A stretch of 64,000 nt of DNA from Takakia lepidozioides (lineage: Eukaryota > Plantae > Bryophyta): positions 25,296,001-25,360,000 of the forward strand of contig CM060733.1 of the NCBI GenBank assembly GCA_030704615.1, given 5' to 3'. Each line of letters begins with the position of its first letter. Positions within the stretch are counted from its first letter, which is position 1. The notes beneath the pieces are model-generated. The model was not told the DNA's origin. It did no database searches and saw nothing but the letters and a program-made list of their open reading frames with translations. Made by a program: the position numbers and the translations under genes. Of the stretch, positions 48,720 through 61,722 are shown piece after piece.

Positions 48720-51700
48720 TCAAACCCAAACGCACTCTACATTGCGCTCTTTGAATCTTGCTTGTTCACTGAGATCATCTACACTTTCAACAACGTACTT
48801 CATTTTTGCAACAACTTCAATCAAAAGAGACGCAAACTTGACTAAAGACAAAGCCGAGATTCTCTCTAGTGTACCTTCCCAGTTATGACCTAAACTACCT
48901 CGTCTCTGCAAGAAACTTTCCTTCCACCCAACCCCACGAGGAGTCCTCTTCTCTTCTTGATCCCGGTAGGGAAAATCTAGGCCTGGTGAACTTCTAGACA
49001 ATTGTCCATCAGAATTCACAACAAGCGAAGGTGCAGCTCCGGAGGCCTCATGTAGAGTCTTCATTGTATTCTGTCCGACTTTCTTGCGTCCTGATCTTGA
49101 CACACTCGGACTTCTGTCATTCCCTTGCATAGGGCAAGGGTCAACCAAAGGATACGCATTTTCCTGTACCATAGGTGATCCTCCTGGTGAGCCAACATTC
49201 AAGTTGATTATAAAATCTTGCCTTGGTCTGTCACTTGAGTGAGGATCGCAACCAGAATCCTGTGTGGCACCTGACATATGACCCGCAATATCCTCCTTCC
49301 CAGAACCAGACAACTTAGTTTCCTCAGACATGAAGTCTTGCCAAAATCCATTTGGCCCTCCAGGTGGTGTAGTAGAGCGATCTGGAAATGTATCCCTGTA
49401 ATCATGAGACGAAAATGGAGAGAGGGAAGCCATATAGACAGGATATCTGGGGGATTGTGGAGCTCCCCTACCCAGAAGAAGGTGAGTGTGGACATAGATT
49501 TTGTATTGAAGTGCCACAGCTGCCTCCTCTGCCCGTCGCATCATATCCCCAGCTTCAAACTTACGCCTGTCCTTCATGCTGTCGGCCAAAGTGGTGAGCA
49601 CATGTGCACACTCGTCAGCAATTGTGGCCATCTCCTGCACCACATTTTCATTTAATCCTTGTGAGTGCAAACAAATGTCACCTTCAACGAGAACTGCCAT
49701 ACATGCTTAATCAAATGTGGCACCACAGGTTCCAAGAGCCAACTACCAAGACGTCACATATCAAAACTGGGGTTGTGGAAGTAATGTGTATGGGGAAAAG
49801 CAGGGAGGTGTAGGGAATGAGGGAAGAGCGTAAGGAGAGAGGGTAAGCTGCAGATATCAACAAAGACAGTCCGGGGGAATTGTCCCAACACTGCAGAAAA
49901 ACAAATAAACAAGGAAGACCATGTGGGTAGTGGAAAGCAATCTGAAACCTGGCACACACAATGACAAACAGATGAAGCACAGAAGCAAACCTGGGCAAAG
50001 AGATCTCTAAGATGTTTGGGAGCTTGAATGTTAGCCCGTAGACATGAATCCAGAGCGATTACATCATAAAGAGTATAACGCAGATAATCCGTGATGTCAT
50101 CGTATAAATGCCAGGGGTATCCCATGAAGAATGGACCATGACAAGGCTCCCAATGCACCGCATTTAGCTGTAGCACAGAATCCCAAAACAAGTTGCTGAT
50201 GAGTTCAACACATGACACAAAAGTTACCTTGGGTACAAAGAGCCCAAAACTAAGTATGGCAAAAAATCACAGGGCATTTGCTCAGTAGAAGCCTGAATTG
50301 TGTAACTGGAAGCCCAGCTGTAACTGCCGGATTAACCCTTGACTTCCCATGATCCTGATTTGAGCTGCTAACAGCTAGAAGCCCGCTTTGGGTCATTTCT
50401 TTATAATGAAATCTCATGTCAACAGTCAAACTGGTTGGTTTTCAGATTTGCTAGTGTGTACACTCTCAGTTAGAATGGTTCAAAGATGTGAACCAAATTT
50501 GAATGCCACATGCCCAGTCAACTGAGGCAGACTCTGTACTTTGGTTTCCATCCCATGGGAATCAAAGGGTTAATGGATAATGGACAGCCTATACAACATA
50601 GTCGGGGCCTTGTTGTACATGCAACCATGTTTATCCGTAGTAACTTTGGAATGGTCTATGCTTGAAGTCAATTGTTGGAAAGTGTCCTCTGCATGCAAGT
50701 GCTATACTCACTGTGTCTACCTAAAGCATGATATCATATGCATCCACTGCATTGGAGAATACAGCACGTCCTAATCAACGCACCAATTTGTCGATGTCTG
50801 AATCAGACATCACCACTTCATGGTAGCTCTGGTGGATTTTGTCGTCCTCAGAACGCCCACTCAATATGTCTGGGACATGGTCCAGCTTTGTATCTTTGTT
50901 ATACTCCTCAACACACCTGCAAAAACGCCATTCACAAATTCTGACAATTCTGTGTTTTCAGGCCGATGTGTCAAGCCATACCGAAATCTACCCTCAAGTG
51001 GTCAGCAGCCAGAGACAGGTGGAAGAGGGTAGTAAGTAAGATAACAACATGTTCATCAGAGAAGATGTTGCTGTGTAGTGCCTAAGAGAATCAAAGAGCC
51101 CACCATGCTGCTCAAAGATGGACGTAAATGCTACTCGGATGTCTGATTCTAGAAAAGTCACTGCATCTGGGCTACACCATCACCGATCCCTCCCATGTTA
51201 CTTGTGGTATTATTACTAATTCTGTGCCTTCACTGTCCGTGCTGTACAACTACATGTGCAAAAAGGCACTTGGGCATGAATTGAATTGCAATGGTTATAG
51301 AAGCACATGAAGCTCATAAAGGGGCCGCACCTTTGAAGAACAGAAGCTGCAGTTTCAAAGTTTTTGGCCACGAGCGTGTGTAAAGTGTCCCCCGCGTAGA
51401 CGGGCTTGAAAGCCAAGTTAATGAGGGTGGACAGGAAAAACGCCACAAGAATCATAAGAAATCTCAGCAAAGGAAATGTCCATCTCTCTGGTTGCGAAAA
51501 TCCACTGATAATAAAAAGGTGGAAGGCAATGGTTGCGACGGTAAAAGCATAGCCCCATTGATCCTTTAGGGGTGGTATTCCTTTCAAGAAGCGAAAGACT
51601 GCACCCCCAATGAATACACAGAAGATCTGCACACACCAGGTGTTACATTATGATGGACGTTCAAGCTTGCAAATAGGACTATAGAGATTGTAGAGAAAAG

Positions 51701-53081
51701 GCTTGAAGAATCCTTTGCACACCAACTCTACACCCATAGGAACACCTTCAAGCTTAAGATGCATGGTGAACAAAGTAGAAGGTGGGAACTTTGACATAAC
51801 CTAGATGACTGCATTTAGTGGGGCTGCCTCCACACACAGAAACATGTGAAAGAGATTATTCCTGACTCCCTAAAAAGCATGGAAGTCGCGAATGAAGTGA
51901 GATTGTCTTACCACATAGAACGCATAAATAGATTTCCCTAGTACTGGCCCGAGTTGATTCAAAACAATAGCGATGGCGACTGCTGCTAAAGTTCCCAAGA
52001 TCCGATTTAACCCTTTGCTGACAGAGAGGCCAATATTACTCTCATAAAGAAGATCAGTTGTTACAACAGCCCATATTGCAATTGATGAAATTCCATCATA
52101 TGGAGGTGGAAAAGACACAACACAAAATATAGCAGCCACACCAGCAGCTAATCCTGCAAACATCAAACTATCTTATGTTAGATATGTTTATCCTTTAGAC
52201 CTAATGTTATCATGTATGTAACCATAATCCACTCCTGAGAAAACATCATGTCAAAGATAAATAACTCTAGCATTATGACAGTCGCAACCTTAATCCATTT
52301 TAAAGCAGACATCAGATCATTCATCTATTCCTGGACACAAGGAGACACATCTGCATTGTTGGTTTGTATAAATTAGAAGGTCTCCTAGATCTCTCTCTCT
52401 CTCACACACACATACTAAAAAATGACTAAGTAAATCCGACAACCATGTCACACTGAAGTTTTAAACCATTGAACCACCCTGCCCGAATCTGTATGAAGAT
52501 TACCATTGGGAAAAATTGTGTGGACCACCAACCCAGTCAATCCATAGAGAGAAACAAAGCGATCTGAAATCCTGACCTTGTTTTAGGGATAGAGTTGTAA
52601 GGTTCTTATTTGCTTTCATAGCTGTCCAGCTCCACTTTGGCCAAAGAACCAGGCCTGTAAGCACATTATATAGGAAGTTTTTGGGATTCGTCTTGGCATT
52701 ATAAGCAGCCCTGGCCACAAAGGATTTCTTCAGTATTGGATTCCGTAGACTTCGTTTTGAAACATAGAGTTTTGGAACGTCTGTGTCTTGGACAAAATCT
52801 CCAGTATTTGGCTCATATGCATCATGAATTTGCTGAAACGCAAACTTGCTCAACATTGAATGATCTGTCCTTCCATCTGCTTGCACATCGCTACTGAGGG
52901 GAGGTTTTTCACGGTCTACAATTTGGGAATTCTGTCTGCTTGGTGCAGTACCAGACTCCGCATCCACTGTCAAGACCTCATCTTCAATACTGTTAGAAAT
53001 TGATTGCCTTTTATCATCAGAATAGTTGCTCAGGAGGGGAGTTCGGAGTGGACTATCCTTGTCGCCATTGCTTGAAGTCAT
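48720..53081 (-). CDS. ALMT: Aluminium-activated malate transporter (ALMT) family anion channel, about 6 exons
   Basis: LSLKQG/LAAGVA, WAVVTTDLLYESNIGLSVSKGLNRILGTL, YAFTVATIAF, PVYAGDTLH, WEPCHGPF..GYPW..Y and C-terminal LSLVKFASLLIEVVAK..V..L...ARF. Approximate exons 53081-52577, 52155-51912, 51627-51331, 50915-50787, 50169-49992, 49636-48720. Confidence 0.92.
50336..50569. mobile_element. Short piggyBac-like MITE, family C, in an ALMT intron
   Basis: TTAA flanks (50332-35, 50570-73). Imperfect TIR CCCTTGACTTCCCATG / CCCTTTGATTCCCATG. Confidence 0.7.
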
Positions 53082-54942
53082 GTCCGTACCGTGGCTTCAC
53101 TCTATGCTTCTCATGCATAAAGGAAAAGCTGGTTTTGCTGGTGAAATATTCCTTGGAGGCCTTTCCCCACAGTTTCAGCTCTAAGCAACTAAGAGTTGCC
53201 AAGTTCCCGCTTTAAAGTTGACAGGACATTCGCCCTAGACAAACCAGTTCCGTCAGCAACCTGGCAGAGTCATAACAAACCAAGATTTTGAACCTCCAAC
53301 AAGAAAAGGTACTTCTTTGAGTTCTCAAGTCAGCCTACGTTTCAGTCGGAAAAGCTGTCGTACAAACGACAGAGGCCGATGGTCACCAACGTACACAATC
53401 AATGAAATTTCACAACAAGTTCACAACATCGGCACCCAAGACATGTGCTTCTTGGCTTCCTTCAAACGTGACACCCGTCAGACCGGAAAGCTCAACGAAG
53501 CTTTCTCATATACCACACCCGACCCACCTGTTGAATCCCCGCACTATCCTGCTGACTTCACAATTCCGAAAACTTCGCGTTTGTTGTAAGGTGGCAAATC
53601 ACCTTCCTGCAGATGATCGATAGACAGACACATAATCAAAGCTTCACCAGGCTAACAGGGTCTGCTCAGAAACTGAAGCAGCAGGCACCCTAAAGAACAC
53701 ATATTTCGAGAGCGTCGGATGGACACGTTATCCTAGCTTCAAACAAGCTAGTCTTCAAAACGGAGCTTGTGGGGATGACGACCGTTTCTTATGTACAACT
53801 CTCATCTCTTCACTGGACGTTAAACATAAAATTAGAAGCTCTAAACTTTATCTTTTATCCTTTTTTAGCTCCAGGATTTGCACAACGGGGTTCTTTTTCA
53901 TGCACTAATCTGCGACGAAAAGGAAAGGAATGAACGAGAACGTGTTCCCCGTACTATGTTCTCTTGTCAATAGCCGCAAGGGCCCAAAGAAATTTGTCTT
54001 CTTCTTCCTCCTCCACTCTTGCATAACACAAGCAACGCACTTCGACAAACCAAATGCCCAATTCACGCAGACGATTTCAGAGCAAACTTTGATCGATGCA
54101 GGAAGCGGTCGTGCATGGTACGCACACCCAGGCTGTTATTGCGCATGCAAGCTGTTGCGGATAAGAACACGGTACTATCGAGTACTATCGAACCCCGAAA
54201 AGGTAATGCGATCAAACAGCTGCAGTACACAGAGTCTGGGCCCACGCTACTAAACTTGCTACTGGGGGAAGGAAGACTCCGCACAAGAGCTTCAAGAGGG
54301 CTCCAAAAGCATGGAAGGAATGAGTCAAAGATACCATTGGCAAGTGGCAGGCCTTCCCATCGGAACCTCAGCTTCCATCACTTCAACACTGGTAAAGTGA
54401 AGTGCCCTGCTGTTGCTCAGAGATTCCAGATTCCACAAGCACAGTTCACAGAGGTGACAGACGAGCATACTCCTCGGCTCCGGGTGCTCCGGGTGCCACT
54501 GCCACCCGGCGGTGGCACCCGCCGCAGCCGGAGATAAGTTTTTACTCACGCAGTAGGGAGTCGCCACGTCACGGAAATGGGTTTTGGATTGTACGGATGA
54601 ATATGTGCTGATGGACGAGACTGTGGGGCTGATGGATGATACAGCGTGCTTTTCCCGCCACGTACTTTCAGGGCGGTACGTTCGGTGCCGGTCGTAACTG
54701 CCGCTTATATGTAGCCACGTGGCGAGGTTTCAGCGCACCGGTTGGCATGAACGGGAATGGGTGGGGTAAGTACTAGTTATTACTCCTTCCGCCGGTGCTG
54801 GGCAACAGAGGATGATTTATCGTCGATTAGGGTAAACGTTCATCCTGTAAAGTGGATGAAGACCTGGAGGGTTACTCTTCCTTCTTCATCGTCTTGTTTG
54901 CCGTGTATGTTGCTTGTGGGGAGAGTGCGCGAGCTTGGAGAC

Positions 54943-57080
54943 ATGGCGCACCAATTTCTACGCAAATTGCTTCTGTGTAGGGGGTCCCCTGCTTTCCGGA
55001 ATCTCACTGGAGGAACACGGTCTTTCGCTTCCTGCAGCCAGGAACGGTACCAACGGTTGTGGCAGTAAGTTGTCTTTCCCCTTGTGCAGCCACATCTTCC
55101 AAGTGTGTCAGATTCTTGTGTGATAGAAACTTTTGTGTCGGTGATAGAATTATACATAGAGCTTAAAGGAAGGTATGAAGGACCCAATTTCCCTCTTACT
55201 TCCTAGAAGTATGAAGAAGGTTTGGTGGTTGGGGTGTTTTTCGGCCACTGGTGCCATTTGAAGGACCTGTTGCAACTGTTGAGGGCCTGGCGCTTTTCCA
55301 ATTTTTTCCCAGGTGTCTCCTTGTACCATCCATCGTTTCACGTGGCCGTTGCAGAGTAGAGCTGCATCCGGAACAAATTCTCCGGAGTTTCAGGTGGATT
55401 TGTGTAAACATGGGATGAATTCAGCTCTGGCATTCTTAGATGTCCAAATATTGGACTCGGTGCAACTGGATCATTGTGGGAAAACTCAGATTGAGGTTTG
55501 CAAATTTCTCTTCAGGTGTATTCCTGGAGGGATGGTAGATTGGCAGAGCAAAGCTGCCCAGGTTGGGTAATGTGGAGGGACCTTACCAACCGCCGGCTGA
55601 TGTTAGTGGGAGCAGGCTCGTGGCTCTTATCATAGGAAAGTATTGAATTGAGGTCCCCACCCACAAAAGGTGGCGGTACCTGCAAGGGGAAGAGGCTCTT
55701 ATTTGCGCCAACTGCGGTTGACGTCATCTCTTCTCGTCTTCGGAATTGAGGTCTGGTTCTGGACTGGTGCAGATTGTGGTCCTTTGACAACCAATTTGGA
55801 CTTGGATGGACATGGACGACTTATTGCAGAGAGGCTGAAGTGGGATTCTGGCAGGGTACAGGAAAGTGGAGCAGCAATGCTTACAAGAGCGGCAGGACTG
55901 TCTAACAAAGCAGGAGGAGGTATAACAGTGTCCAGAAATGAGGAGCATGCTGCTGAGGAATCAAGGCGGCGAAATCTCAATAAGTGGGCAACTTTTGCAA
56001 GCAATGTTGTGCCGTTAATTGTTGAGCTGCCCTGCTGTTTTGTAGTCAATCTGTAGACAGCTGAAGTAATTTGGAAGCATTCACAGTTTTGTTTGCAGCT
56101 TCCCTGCCAGAGTTGCCAAGTTCATATGGCTATGTTGATTCACATACTCAGATGCATATTTGATGCATGAGGTGTTCCTAGTTATTTATAAGATACTAGG
56201 AGGAAACAGGAAACATACTAAGGGGGTCAGTCACAGTGACAAGTGATGTCTGATCATTTTTTTTCTCAAGCTGAACTACTACTCTTCTCAGGGTCTCTAC
56301 GATGTACACTCAATAGTTTGATTCAAACATGTGGGTGGAAGTGCCATGAAATTAAAAAGCTGAGTATGTTTCTTTTTGTGACTCCAGGATCCTGTATAGG
56401 AGCCGGCAGCGTGGTTATCTTGAACTAGACTTGCTGCTGGGTAAATGGGCTGAAGATAATGCTGAGAAGCTGGATGAGACACGGTTAGAAGAACTTGTTG
56501 TAGTGCTTGACGAGGTTAGAGTTCTTCTCTCCAATCTTTGCCTGGTCCAGCTCCGTATTTTACTTGCTGTTGAGGTGTTGCCTGCTTCTGTTAAGTCATT
56601 ATGTTGTTCAGCCAATCTTGCCCTCTGCAGAAGGTGATTTACACCAGCAGACAGCTTTGTCCCCTAAACCCTGGATTGCTTCATGTAAAAGCAGGAAAAC
56701 CCGGATCTGTGGAAATGGCTAACTGGGCAAGCACCAGCTCCTCCTGACCTAGCAACAAACTCTGTGAGTATCTATGAACACCTTGTCATGTGTACAAATA
56801 AAATTGGATGAATGAAGCGGCTAGGTACGGTTTGTGGCTTCTCTCTGTGTTTGATTGCAAACCAGATGTTAGGTCTATGAGCATCTGCAGAACTTACTCT
56901 TGTGGCTTACTCTTGCAAGTTGGTGCTTGATGACAGGTTTTTAGCGCAATACAGAAGAAAATATCAGAAAATCTGCTTGCATATGCTCCTCCGGAGACAA
57001 GGGCACAGCCAGGGCAGCCGTGGGTCCGAGGTTGGGATGACAACCGCAAGACTGGCGGCCCCCAGATTGGGAATCAGTAG
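54943..57080 (+). CDS. SDHAF2: Succinate dehydrogenase assembly factor 2 (Sdh5 family), mitochondrial
   Basis: Transit-like N-terminus MAHQFLRKLL. Exons encode ILYRSRQRGYLELDLLLGKWAE...LDE (~56389-56514), ENPDLWKWLTGQ (56695-56763) and ...GQPWVRGWDD...GNQ* (56938-57080). The internal 5' exons are uncertain. Confidence 0.9.
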
Positions 57081-58459
57081 TGGTGCTTGGTGAAAGCAGA
57101 TTATTTAGCATTGTTTAAATAAGAAACTCAGGCAAACTCCATTTTGCTTAGATTCTTCCCAAGACATGAAAAGCAGACAGAAGGGGGAGCAGGGGTCCAA
57201 GGCTGGGAAGACAACCTCAAGATTTGCGGGCTCCACCAGTGGTGCTTCTATGAGAGTTGTCTTCACAGGCAATGTGTACTTCTTCAAATGATGAGAGCTG
57301 AGATATAGCCTAACATTGTAAGGGTCAGCTTGTATGTGTTGGTGGTGACTCGCCAGATTCTTTACTGTCAATGTTTGCAACGAATCCATGGGTATACAGC
57401 AACTAATGTGTGGACACAGGAGACTGTTAAGTGTATGATGATTGCACCAGCTGACAGGGTGCAAGAGGAAAGATGCTGTGTGATTCTGGAGTTTCTTGTC
57501 ACTGTTGAATTTGCCACATCCTCTTACAAGGATGCTCTTTATGCTCATATGCTGCTCGATCAGCACTTGGTGTCCACCACAAGAACTTGGCTTGTCGACA
57601 TCTTGGGGATACATACTTGGATCTACATGTTGGTGCCCCCACCAAAACAAAGGACAAATAAAGGACGAACAATAATACATATTATATGATGTACATTGTC
57701 AGGAACATGTCCTTTACAGTGCCGTGTGACAAAATCAAAATATAAAATAATTATTCGAAATTAAATAGTACAATTAAAATAAAAACGAAAACAAGAAATC
57801 CAGGCGACCGACCGCTGCCGCTGCAGAGTAGCATGGGGAAACCACCAAAAAAAAAAAAAACGAAATTAAAATTAATAAGGCTGTGGACCGCTGGGGGCCG
57901 GCTGTGGCAGCTGCCCCTTGGGATAGAGATCGTCTGCTGCGCCTGAGAAAAACAGCATATAAAAAATCTTATTCAAAATTAATTAGTAAGATTAAAATAA
58001 AAACAAAAACAAATCCAGGCGACCGCTGTGGCGATCGCCTGGGAAATAATAATAATAAGTTAAAAAAGTTTTTAATTAAATAATTCATAAAAACAGATAA
58101 AAAGAATTAACAAAATGAATGTTTAGGAAAAATAAAACCAAATTATAAAATGTTCTGGTACATGTATATGCCTGAGTGTACATGTATACCATAGCACCTT
58201 GGCCAGATCGACAATCATCTGTCGAATATTTATTTTATTTTGAGAGTTTCATTTCAACATATGGAATATTCTCAAAGATGTTTTATTATCATTCACAAAG
58301 TTATTTAATTTCACAAAATCAATTTCCAAAATTTTCAACAATCTTTGAAATATTAAAATTTGTGTCGAAATTGCCAAGGGACTACGGTATACAAGTGGGT
58401 TTTTATTTTTATTTTTATTTTATTAGTGGATATTATGAATAACAACTTGTTGTTATTAA

Positions 58460-58811
58460 CCCTTAAGTTCCCAAGCGACCTGAATCGGGTCACTTTGAAT
58501 TTGCAGTTGGACCTAATTTTTGCAGATCTAATCTGATGGGGCCCACTCCTGAAGCTTTAATGACAAGGGATTTGTCTGGAGTATGATGCAAAAAAAACAA
58601 AAAAAAAAAAACAAAAGCTACGACCTACAAAAAATATCTTAGATCTCTCATTTACGTTTTGGGACCTGAAAAGGGCTTGTTGACCGCTGACGTGGCAGGT
58701 AAACAAGCCCAAAACAGATTGCACTCCAAAGGCCATTTTTGGCAGAAATTAGCAATTTTGGAAAAAGCGCTTCAGCTTGTGGTGTGTGAGCATTACATAC
58801 ACACATCCACC
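58460..58811. mobile_element. Truncated copy of piggyBac-like MITE family B, upstream of the NSUN gene
   Basis: Starts TTAA|CCCTTAAGTTCCCAAGC and is nearly identical to 45538-45875. There is no right TIR. Confidence 0.85.
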
Positions 58812-58997
58812 GTTGGCTTTGTCATGGCTCCAATCCAGTGGTAGGGACGTAGGGACAGGAAAGAGGTCAAACAGATTTCCCCTCCCAGCATACCAAAGCC
58901 GAGCCTAGTGAGCGCTGATGTTCAATGTACAGGATGTGATAAGCATGCTCTGTACCTGCCATGCCCTTGTTCAGTCAAGGAGGTGGGGAGATCAGAC

Positions 58998-61722
58998 ATG
59001 AATTCAGTTCTAGTGGTGAACCACCTAGCAGTTCTGTCCGCTGGAGCTTCGGTTCATCTTGAGGTCTTACCATCTGGTAGTCGAACACTAGGCAGGGAAT
59101 TCCGGGTTGTTCGTAATCGAAGAAAGACCGGCAGAGCCTCTCGTCCTCAAACAATACATGCACCTTCAGTTCCTCTGTACACGGAGGCGAATAATGTGAC
59201 AGAGGAACATCTGTGTGCAAAGGAGGAGAAGCCAGATGGGGTTACGCCAGAGCCACGCTATTTAACGGCAAGTTCGATGCCCAGGGAGAAAACAGATGAA
59301 GAGAAGTTCAATGGAATCGCGGTCCTTAATTGTGGTGTCGATGGAACTTTCAAATCTGTTCAGAACAGAGTCGGAGACGAACTTGTGAAGCAGGCAGGGC
59401 AACATGCAAATAGCTATGTTCTTCACGACGGGCACGGAGATGAGAGGGACGTCTTCGAAAAGACGGATAGTGAGCTGGACGAAGAGAGCATTGAAGAAAC
59501 TGGGATTCGGGATTCGGGATTTGGGCCAAACTTGAATAGAAGCTCCTCTGTGAAAGGCTGCAAATCTAGTAATTCGAAAGCCGTCTCAAAGACAAAGATG
59601 AAGATCCTCATGAGAGAAGAGCAAGAAAGGGAGCGGAATGAAGCAATCATACAATCCTTCCATCTATACTATCAGGCGCAATATGGTGACAGATGGCATT
59701 CTCTATCCTTGGCACTCAAGTCGGACACACGCTCTTCCTGCCTGTTCAATAGCTTTTCAGATTCCCAAGTCTTTGCTCAACTAATGACGAGAGTGTCAAA
59801 TGTAGCAAGGCTTTGCTTCTTAAAGCTTCCAGTTTATGGGTCCGCAGACCGGTTCCCTCAGCCACAGAGAGATTCTGAAAGTGTGTACTCGCACTATCTG
59901 TTGGACGCTGCCTCTGTTCTGGTAACGGAGGCTCTACAGATCGAGGAAACAGATAAGGTGTTGGATATGTGTGCAGCACCCGGTGGTAAATCTTTGGCCA
60001 TTTTGCAGCAGCTGAGTCTTCCACGAGGTTCTCTCACGGCTAATGAATTCTCCAACGATCGAAGGAAGCGGCTGTGGAAGGTATCTTTCCCCGTGTCTTG
60101 CTATAGCAGCCACAAGTCTTTCACCAACTCTACTCAGGAAGCCAAAATGGTCGATCTTAGGCAAATGTAGCACAGCCCATCACTATTTGAAACACCATCC
60201 GGCCTGCATCTCCTGCATCTCCTTTTGGGCAAATGAGTGTAGACAAGTATCCTGTTTCCCCTAGAAGGTTTCCTTTGAGCCTGCGCTTATGTTGAGGTCA
60301 CTATGATTGTCTTGGTGTATACTGGTGGTGTATGGTGAATCTAAGAAGATGCTGGAGCGCAAGCTGGTTTATGGACGCCTGGTGTGAAGCAGGTCCTCAC
60401 TGACTACCTTCCTGAAGGCCTGCGACCGTGCGTCCGAGTAACTGGCAGGGACGGCACTCGATGGTGGGAAGAAGAGCTTTATGACAAGGTATGTGCTTGG
60501 CTCTGATCTACTCACTAATTCTTCCAAGAACTTAGCTGGTCCTTAAGTCATGTCAGGAACTGAGCCACATACATATTGAAGGACAACCGCCATGCACTGG
60601 TTTAAACTGCAGGATCTGGCATTTGAGAGTTTCGTTAAGAGACAATATCCAACATATCCCCTGGACACCTGTTTAGCAACAGAGATATATAGAGCCTGGC
60701 CCTGAAAGGGGGCAGTACTGCAATGTTAAGAGGCTCCTATTTGTGCCAACTTTGGCTGCGTTGTTTCTCTCTCTATAGGAGAACTTTGTCATGAGCAATG
60801 AACAGAAGCTGCATAATCTGAAACCAATCCTTCTTACACACCCCAAGACCTCACTTTAACATGGAGGATAGAAGTTCGTGCACTTTCTTGTTTTGTTATG
60901 TCCCTTCTCTACAGCTGCTGTTGGCAGTCACAGTTTAAAGGATCTCAACAATAGTGTCAGTTTGAGATGAGCAGGTCCTGGTAGATGCCCCATGTTCATC
61001 AGAGCAGCACTTACTGCACAATGTGGACATACTCCACAGCTGGACTGAGAAGAGATCTGCCAAAAATGCTAAACGGCAGCTAGCACTCTTGGGGGCTGCA
61101 TTGCGGAGTGTCCGTGTGGGAGGTCTTGTTGTTTATTCCACATGTTCTATCAGCAATTTGGAGAATGACGGTGTAATTTCCAAGGTAATACAGTGGAATC
61201 CCTTCTTTGTCTTTCGACTGTTGGTATAGAACTGGTACTTGCTAAATGGAAGGATTGAAGGTGCTGAGATTTCCATTTGAAGCTGTTGCTTACATCTTAG
61301 TATGCAGGCTCAACATAGAGCGTGAAATCTCATCTTATTGCTCAAAGTGGATAGGAGGGAGATTGACATTTGAGGGACAAGATAGGGGAGACAACGAGGA
61401 AAGCAATTAAGTTGTAATGGAAGGAGTAGCAGACCCACAAATACACAAAATCCTTCTATATCAATTCCACAAAGTCAAAAACAGTGCACAAGTTAGTGTT
61501 TGAAGTCCATTCCAACAGTGCAAACCTTGTTTGCCTTCGTTGTAAACAACATGAATGCAGGCCCAGAAGAAGTTGAAGGTGGCATTTGAGGTGGTGCATG
61601 GAAAGTGGACAATCGGGGAGGCAACCCAACATGGGTGGATCGTGCTGCCTGATGTGGCCCAAGGCTGGGGCCCACTCTACTTTGCAACATTACGGCGAAC
61701 TTCCTCGTTGTCCAGTGAATAA
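58998..61722 (+). CDS. NOL1/NOP2/Sun RNA m5C methyltransferase, NSUN3/NSUN4-like, 4 exons
   Basis: YLLDAAS, VLDMCAAPGGKS, VLVDAPCSSE, VVYSTCSIS..END and GWIVLPD...WGPLYF. Exons 58998-60080, 60393-60488, 60975-61183, 61561-61722. Confidence 0.88.

Noticed and set aside
57105-57689. ORFs of 191 aa (minus) and 119 aa (plus)
   Set aside because: They overlap the SDHAF2 3' UTR and show no domain features.
57720-58400. AT-rich segment with a ~55-bp direct repeat ending AATCCAGGCGACCG
   Set aside because: Probably a TE remnant, but its termini could not be defined.
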